From the NCBI GenBank assembly GCA_038884455.1, contig JAWABU010000002.1:6948-70947 (forward strand): a stretch of 64,000 bases of DNA, written 5' to 3'. Positions 58,841 to 64,000 of this stretch are shown here, piece by piece. The notes below the pieces were generated by a model that was given only the letters and a program-made list of their open reading frames with translations, was not told where the DNA came from and did not search any database. The stretch comes from Thermoplasmatota archaeon (GTDB taxonomy: Archaea > Thermoplasmatota > E2 > DHVEG-1). A program made the position numbers and the translations under genes. Numbering within the stretch: the stretch's first letter is position 1; each line of letters begins with the position of its first letter.

Positions 58841-59140
58841 ATGACCTATGTGATCTTTGAAGTAAAATCGACTGATGTTGGTAAAATTAACACGATGACT
58901 GCTGATGATACCGTAAGTCGGCAGAGCATTCTTACTCGTGATGCATCATCTCTTGATTTGAAAGGAGATGCAACGTATCTGAAAATCGAAGGAAGTGCTG
59001 CTGGTATCAAACGAGCAGAGGAACTTGCGAAAAATCTAGGGTTTAAAAAACTCTCTGAGAAAGAAGCACACAGCATCAATGAAAAAATCAAAGAGCAAGA
59101 AGATTCTGCTGCAACTGGTATGGGTATGATCTTTGATTAA
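58841..59140 (+). CDS. Small hypothetical protein ending in a ribosomal-stalk-like acidic/hydrophobic tail
   Basis: MTYVIFEVKS... ends ...KIKEQEDSAATGMGMIFD*. GGTGA lies 7 nt upstream of ATG 58841 and TTTATATA is at 58798-58805. Confidence 0.5.
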   Translation: MTYVIFEVKSTDVGKINTMTADDTVSRQSILTRDASSLDLKGDATYLKIEGSAAGIKRAEELAKNLGFKKLSEKEAHSINEKIKEQEDSAATGMGMIFD

Positions 59141-59157
59141 CCCAAACAAATCGTTTT

Positions 59158-60198
59158 TTAAAGCGTCCAATACTCTTTTAATTCTTTTTTCAATTGTTGG
59201 AGAATTGTTGGATCGAGTGCTTTTGTTTCTGATACAGTATCGTGGTAGTGCAGTGGATGGTTGCAAAGTTGACCAAGTTGTGAGAGAACACATTTTCCAA
59301 GCCAGTTAAGATTATATCCTCCTTCAAGCGTACAAATAATTTTTGGTTGTATCTTTTGGAATTGCGCGATGAGTTCTCCGAAATAATCCGCGGTCAACCG
59401 TAAACCACCCAACGGGTCTGCATGGTGAGAATCAAAACCCGCTGAAATGAGGATGAGATCCGGTTTAAACTGACGTGCAATTGGGAGAAAAACATCATCC
59501 ATGATGCGGGTTACTGTAGCGGTTCCATTTCCTGGTGAAAGCGGTGCGTTGACGGTATATCCCCGGCCGTTGCCTTCACCGATTTCATCGATATCTCCGG
59601 TTCCTGGGTAATGGGGTGACAGATGGAGAGATTGATACATCACATCATCTCGATCATAGAATATATACTGCGTACCGTTGCCATGATGGACATCATGATC
59701 AAAAATAAGAACGTGGTTTCCTTCAGTGGCTGCGTAGTGGTGCGCTGCGATAGCCGCATTGTTGAATAAACAGAATCCCATGGATCGATCATATCGAGCA
59801 TGATGTCCTGGTGGTCGAACGAGGGCAAAACCATTATCAGCACGATCAGCAAGTACGTTGGCACAGAGTTGTACGACACCACCGGCAGCAAGACGAGCGA
59901 CGTTGTAATCATTTTTACATACATAGGTATCTAAATCAATCCATGTATCGCCACGATCACTACAGTCTTTGACAAGTTGGATCATTTCAGGTGCATGGAC
60001 CGTATACAACAGTTCTTCAGGAAGCATCTCAGGTTGTATCATCTTGATTGCATGGTACAAGGTGCTCTGTTTGAGTTCCTGAATAATGACATCAAGTCGC
60101 CGAGCGTTTTCAGGATGTCCTTGGTTATCGTGGTTGTTGAAGTCTGAAGAGTAGACAACCTGCGTTGTCATAGGCATCACGGGTACAGCATCAACCAA
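59158..60198 (-). CDS. Histone deacetylase-family (class I/II, AcuC/Aph-like) deacetylase
   Basis: LVRPPGHHA, FDHDVHHGNGTQ and GGY motifs. Confidence 0.9.
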   Translation of the reverse strand: MVDAVPVMPMTTQVVYSSDFNNHDNQGHPENARRLDVIIQELKQSTLYHAIKMIQPEMLPEELLYTVHAPEMIQLVKDCSDRGDTWIDLDTYVCKNDYNVARLAAGGVVQLCANVLADRADNGFALVRPPGHHARYDRSMGFCLFNNAAIAAHHYAATEGNHVLIFDHDVHHGNGTQYIFYDRDDVMYQSLHLSPHYPGTGDIDEIGEGNGRGYTVNAPLSPGNGTATVTRIMDDVFLPIARQFKPDLILISAGFDSHHADPLGGLRLTADYFGELIAQFQKIQPKIICTLEGGYNLNWLGKCVLSQLGQLCNHPLHYHDTVSETKALDPTILQQLKKELKEYWTL

Positions 60199-60273
60199 GA
60201 ACGATATAAATATATTTTTTGAAACTTTAAGTAGCCCAAATGTATACTGAGTGATGGTACGGAGTTCTTTGAT

Positions 60274-63144
60274 ATGGCTGACATGTTGCTTGGTGTATCA
60301 CCTGAGTTCTTGTATTTCCATGGAAAAAAACCACAGAAGATAGCTGAGGTTCATAAACCGTATTTTCTCGCATTTTCTCCAGATCATCAACCTCTTGATA
60401 GCGTACGAAAAAATCTGATTCATACCTGGGAGACACAGAAACAAACCCATGAAAAAATGGAAAAAATCGTTGGTTTTGGACCCTGTAAGACGTATCGAAG
60501 TTTTTGTGAATATCAAAAAACACGTGATGTCTTTAAAGTTTATACAAAGGCATCGTACATGGTACCAGAGGTGAGTGATTTTCTTTTTTTTGACCAGAAT
60601 CTATGCACCGCTGAACATGATATTCCGTACCATCAACGGGTGCTTGTGGATCTTGCTGCTGAAAACAAAGCATGGCTTTTTGATACCCAGGGTGTGCCGA
60701 CCAAGGCTAACATTTTTATTTATGACATTGAGATCGTAAATTACGAAGAAGGAAAAAAAGACCTTCCCATCGACATCATCGGATACGCAGATTTTACCAT
60801 AACTTTTGCATCAGAAAAAAACCTTGATCGTGAGGAGTTTCATTTTGAACTCATTGATCTGCCGAAAAGTTGGGAAGAAGTTGAAGTTTCTCAACTTTGT
60901 GCACATTCAACTGATGACGAGATACAGAACCTGCTGAAACTATGTGATTTGATCACCTCTCATGATATTATCTCTGGGCATAACATCACCGGGTTTGATA
61001 ATCTTCATCTCATTGGTCGAATAACAAAGCTTGCTCAGACCTATGCTGATTCAGTATCTCGAGAAGAACAACAAATCTTTGATGATTTTTTAACCAAGTG
61101 GAGTCGTTTTGATAAATCATTTCATTTCGGTGTTGGATCAGAAGTTGCACATCTGTACCCATGTAGCTTTGATACGTATCTTGCGGCACGGAAATTTTAT
61201 CCATATCTTGATGATTACAGTTTGAAAACCATTGCTCCTTTTCTCAATGTCGTGATTCCAAATCGAATACACCTCGCCCCAGATCATATCAAAATTGATA
61301 CAAAAACTCTATTGTATAACAAACAAGATATCCAAGAACAAATCGGGGTTACACTGCATTTACTGCAACAGGGGTTACCCCTTGCATTTACCACCTGCAT
61401 GCCCTTTGATCTGCTGCTTCCTGCAGGTGCTGTCACCATGTGGGATCATATGGCATTGATCCGAGGGCATCTTGAAAAAAAAATCATGCCACCGCTGTGC
61501 CGTGTTGCTTCAATCGCAGAAACGCTGCTCCGTGATTTTTCCGATTGTTCAACAAAACAAGAGATCGTTACCAAGGCGAAACGGAAAAAAGAGCAGTTGT
61601 CAAAAGATTTTATTCGAGTGCTTAAATATGGTGATGAGATGCCGGACTGGGTTCTCTATCCCTATGTAATCTACAACGAAGCAGCAACCGATGAGGAAGA
61701 CGTGCTTGGGTACCATATGCCCGGCGGTATGACCATCAAACCAGATAAAGATGTTAATTCACATTTTATTCCATGGTACCATGTTGTAGTTGCTGATGTT
61801 GGTGCAATGTATCCCACGATTCTTAAGGCGATGAATGTGGGTGCTGATTCAGTTCGTCTCGCAAAAAAACATGAAACTGCTGATGAATGGATCTGGTTGA
61901 AGAAACTTCCTGAGAAATTTTTTGAAACGCAAGATGTTCTCTGGCGGAGGGTTGCATCAACGGAGCGTTTCGCTGATCAAGGGTATATGCTTGGGGTGAA
62001 GATTGACCGTAAACCAGGTGTGGTAAATCGGAGCATGTCTGGCGTTATGAGTATGATCGGAAAGATCAAAAAAGAACTCCAGGAGGAAAAAAAACATGGA
62101 AGTACTTCATCTGAGGTTCAACGGTTAAAGATGATGTATCAAAGTATGAAGGGGGCTCGAAATGCGGGTACCCATGGTATTCTTTCAGCGCCGACGGTGA
62201 CCGGACGGCAGTTTAACCTCTGGGGTGCTGCTGCGATTACGACGAAAGGTCAGATGATTCTTGCCGATATCTTAGAGTATTTAAACCAGAGAAATATTCG
62301 AGTCATCTATGGAGATACCGATGGGATTTATCTGGGATGTGCACGATCTGCTGGATGTATCCCAGCTTTTGCAAAGGCGTTGAAAGTAGACGTTGATGCT
62401 GATGATTCAAAGTGGCTAACAAAACCAGAGGTTGCCCTTGCTGCAATTGAAGCGTGTGATGCGAAATGGCAGCAACTGCTTCGGTATCCTGATTTTGATC
62501 TTGAGCCTGAAATCCATGATGCAATGTTGTTTGTAAAGCATAAAAATTATCTCATATTTGATATGATTAAAGATAAAATTGAGATGGTGACGAAAGGGAA
62601 TAATTTTAAGGGTTCTGATAAGGCTGATATCGCACGGAAGGTACTTGAAGATATCATGATCAAAGTGTTACAGGATGTTCCTGAGTGGGATGACGAGGAA
62701 AAAACTCGAGAGAAGGTGAAAAACAGTATCCGTCTTCGAACTGCAGAGGTGGTGTCAACGCTTGATTTATCAAAAGTTGATCTTGAAGATTTAACCTTGA
62801 TTCAATCAGTTCAACCGGCGAAGCGGTATAAGACAAATCAGGATGGCTCAGCATCTGTTTTTGGGCAACGTTCTGCAGCGTTAGAAAAACTCCTTGGCCG
62901 ACAGATACGAACTCGGGTAAAGATGAAATTCGTCGTTACTAAAAAGCCATTGCCAGGTATCGAGAAACCGTCGAAGAGCGGAGTGAAACCTATCGATTAT
63001 ATGTATCCTGTTGAGCTAATTAAGGATCGAAAAGAAATCGATCTTGACTGGTATAAGAAGATGGTTGAAAACTATGTGCAGGGGGCATTTGGGTTAACGA
63101 CGATTCAGAGTACGGAGCAAACAGGATTGGATGCATGGATGTGA
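60274..63144 (+). CDS. polB: Family B DNA polymerase, divergent motifs A and B
   Basis: Exo I FIYDIEIV, Exo II GHNITGFD, Exo III YNKQD. Pol motif A DVGAMYPT (61795-61818), motif B-like KGARNAGTHG (from 62149), motif C YGDTDG (62308-62325). Confidence 0.85.
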   Translation: MADMLLGVSPEFLYFHGKKPQKIAEVHKPYFLAFSPDHQPLDSVRKNLIHTWETQKQTHEKMEKIVGFGPCKTYRSFCEYQKTRDVFKVYTKASYMVPEVSDFLFFDQNLCTAEHDIPYHQRVLVDLAAENKAWLFDTQGVPTKANIFIYDIEIVNYEEGKKDLPIDIIGYADFTITFASEKNLDREEFHFELIDLPKSWEEVEVSQLCAHSTDDEIQNLLKLCDLITSHDIISGHNITGFDNLHLIGRITKLAQTYADSVSREEQQIFDDFLTKWSRFDKSFHFGVGSEVAHLYPCSFDTYLAARKFYPYLDDYSLKTIAPFLNVVIPNRIHLAPDHIKIDTKTLLYNKQDIQEQIGVTLHLLQQGLPLAFTTCMPFDLLLPAGAVTMWDHMALIRGHLEKKIMPPLCRVASIAETLLRDFSDCSTKQEIVTKAKRKKEQLSKDFIRVLKYGDEMPDWVLYPYVIYNEAATDEEDVLGYHMPGGMTIKPDKDVNSHFIPWYHVVVADVGAMYPTILKAMNVGADSVRLAKKHETADEWIWLKKLPEKFFETQDVLWRRVASTERFADQGYMLGVKIDRKPGVVNRSMSGVMSMIGKIKKELQEEKKHGSTSSEVQRLKMMYQSMKGARNAGTHGILSAPTVTGRQFNLWGAAAITTKGQMILADILEYLNQRNIRVIYGDTDGIYLGCARSAGCIPAFAKALKVDVDADDSKWLTKPEVALAAIEACDAKWQQLLRYPDFDLEPEIHDAMLFVKHKNYLIFDMIKDKIEMVTKGNNFKGSDKADIARKVLEDIMIKVLQDVPEWDDEEKTREKVKNSIRLRTAEVVSTLDLSKVDLEDLTLIQSVQPAKRYKTNQDGSASVFGQRSAALEKLLGRQIRTRVKMKFVVTKKPLPGIEKPSKSGVKPIDYMYPVELIKDRKEIDLDWYKKMVENYVQGAFGLTTIQSTEQTGLDAWM

Positions 63145-63228
63145 AGAAACCGAAAGATTAAAGAACGAGATATGCTAATAGTACTGTAATGAACGTAATA
63201 AGTAGGGGGCATCTATAACTTGTCGAAA

Positions 63229-64000
63229 ATGAGTTTTGAGAAAATCACAGTAATCGTGGTTTGCCTATGTTTTTTTGGAACAATTGTTTCAGCAGTACAA
63301 AGTATGAATGCTGAAATAAGGATTGCTCAAAAAGCAACTGACAACCAGATTGATTGTACCAAATGTGGTACGAATTTTTTTGAGGAGCCCGGATATCCAC
63401 CACGGTACGTTATGAATGAACTCATCCTTGCACCTGACGAAGAACAATCACCAAAACCGACAGTTCTCCGAAGTCTTCCCGCTGCATTCAGCTGGCTTAA
63501 CTATAATGGGGCAGACTGGACAACACCTGCTCGAAACCAAGGGAGCTGTGGAAGCTGCTGGGCGTTTGGCGCTATGAGCTGTCTTGAAAGCAGGATCAAC
63601 ATTGCGTGGAATACACCAACACTTGATATTGACACGTCTGAGCAGTACATTCTCTCTTGTTTACCCTCGTCAGGAAGTTGTAATGGTGGTAACTCCTACG
63701 CTGCGTTTAAATGCATCAAAAGTGAAACTGCGTTTGGGAACTACCGCAATGGCATCATCCCAGAATCATGTCTCCCGTATGCTGCAGAAGACACAGTTCC
63801 CTGTGAGGATAAATGCAGCGACTGGGAGCAAAAACTCATTCCAATCACCGCATGCGGTTTTTGGAATCCACGATACCCTGATGATATCAACGCGATTAAA
63901 TCACAAATCATCAACGAAGGACCGGTGGTTACCTACTTTTATGTAACAAATCATTTTGCCAGCTGGGGAAACTCCCATCACAGCCCAAATGACTACTATC
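63229..64000 (+). CDS. Secreted papain-like (C1 family) cysteine peptidase, truncated at window end
   Basis: Own translation from ATG 63229: MSFEKITVIVVCLCFFGTIVSAVQS... (signal anchor) ...ARNQGSCGSCWAFGAMSCLESR (catalytic Cys motif). It stays open to position 64000. The track ORF 63584-63946 is in another frame. Confidence 0.85.
   Translation, partial: MSFEKITVIVVCLCFFGTIVSAVQSMNAEIRIAQKATDNQIDCTKCGTNFFEEPGYPPRYVMNELILAPDEEQSPKPTVLRSLPAAFSWLNYNGADWTTPARNQGSCGSCWAFGAMSCLESRINIAWNTPTLDIDTSEQYILSCLPSSGSCNGGNSYAAFKCIKSETAFGNYRNGIIPESCLPYAAEDTVPCEDKCSDWEQKLIPITACGFWNPRYPDDINAIKSQIINEGPVVTYFYVTNHFASWGNSHHSPNDYY

Noticed and set aside
37299-63144. Inteins in rpoB, rpoA', rpoA'' or polB
   Set aside because: Protein lengths are normal and the conserved blocks are contiguous. 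The exception is the A'' N-terminal tail, which is low-complexity rather than intein-like. No Cys/Ser...HN splice-junction blocks were seen.
63584-63946. 120-aa plus-strand ORF
   Set aside because: It is a wrong frame of the C1 peptidase gene. The QGSCGSCWAF frame starting at 63229 is open through the window end.

Overview
AT-rich archaeal chromosomal window with no rRNA, CRISPR array or recognisable mobile element. The lineage looks euryarchaeal or Thermoplasmata-like, based on unsplit rpoB, split rpoA'/A'', PGF-CTERM surface proteins and archaeal exosome and RNAP operons. This placement is inference only. Content from left to right:
(1) A 13-kb co-directional hdr-type redox operon at 683-13913: hdrC, hdrB, hdrA, a 1502-aa HdrA-GltD-HdrA fusion, mvhD, an FrhB-like flavoprotein, a tandem HdrC, and a 1025-aa HdrA-HdrA fusion. 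No hydrogenase or formate dehydrogenase partner is in the window. This is the most unusual system here.
(2) HAD hydrolase, tRNA-Ala, an RNA methylase, then uL15-secY-adk-DUF106-cmk-cbf5 and tRNA-Ser.
(3) A small block of membrane and zinc-ribbon proteins, DUF2085, an unlisted eL40 gene and proS.
(4) A SPOUT methyltransferase, small hypotheticals, an M50 protease, OsmC and purA.
(5) The exosome superoperon on the minus strand: psmA, SBDS, rrp4, rrp41, rrp42, eL43, an unlisted rpoP, pcc1; plus queE.
(6) tRNA-Lys followed by rpoH-rpoB-rpoA'-rpoA''-eL30-nusA.
(7) A four-gene L-proline-dehydrogenase/sarcosine-oxidase-like cluster.
(8) A surface-glycoprotein region: GT2, a 1186-aa PGF-CTERM S-layer-like protein, intron-containing tRNA-Tyr, trm5 overlapping tRNA-Thr, DUF1624, and a beta-helix/PKD PGF-CTERM protein.
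(9) PPAT, a small protein with a ribosomal-stalk-like tail, an HDAC-family deacetylase, a divergent family-B DNA polymerase, and a truncated secreted papain-like protease.
All calls rest on reading motifs in the supplied translations and on my own translation of unlisted short or edge ORFs. No database search was possible.
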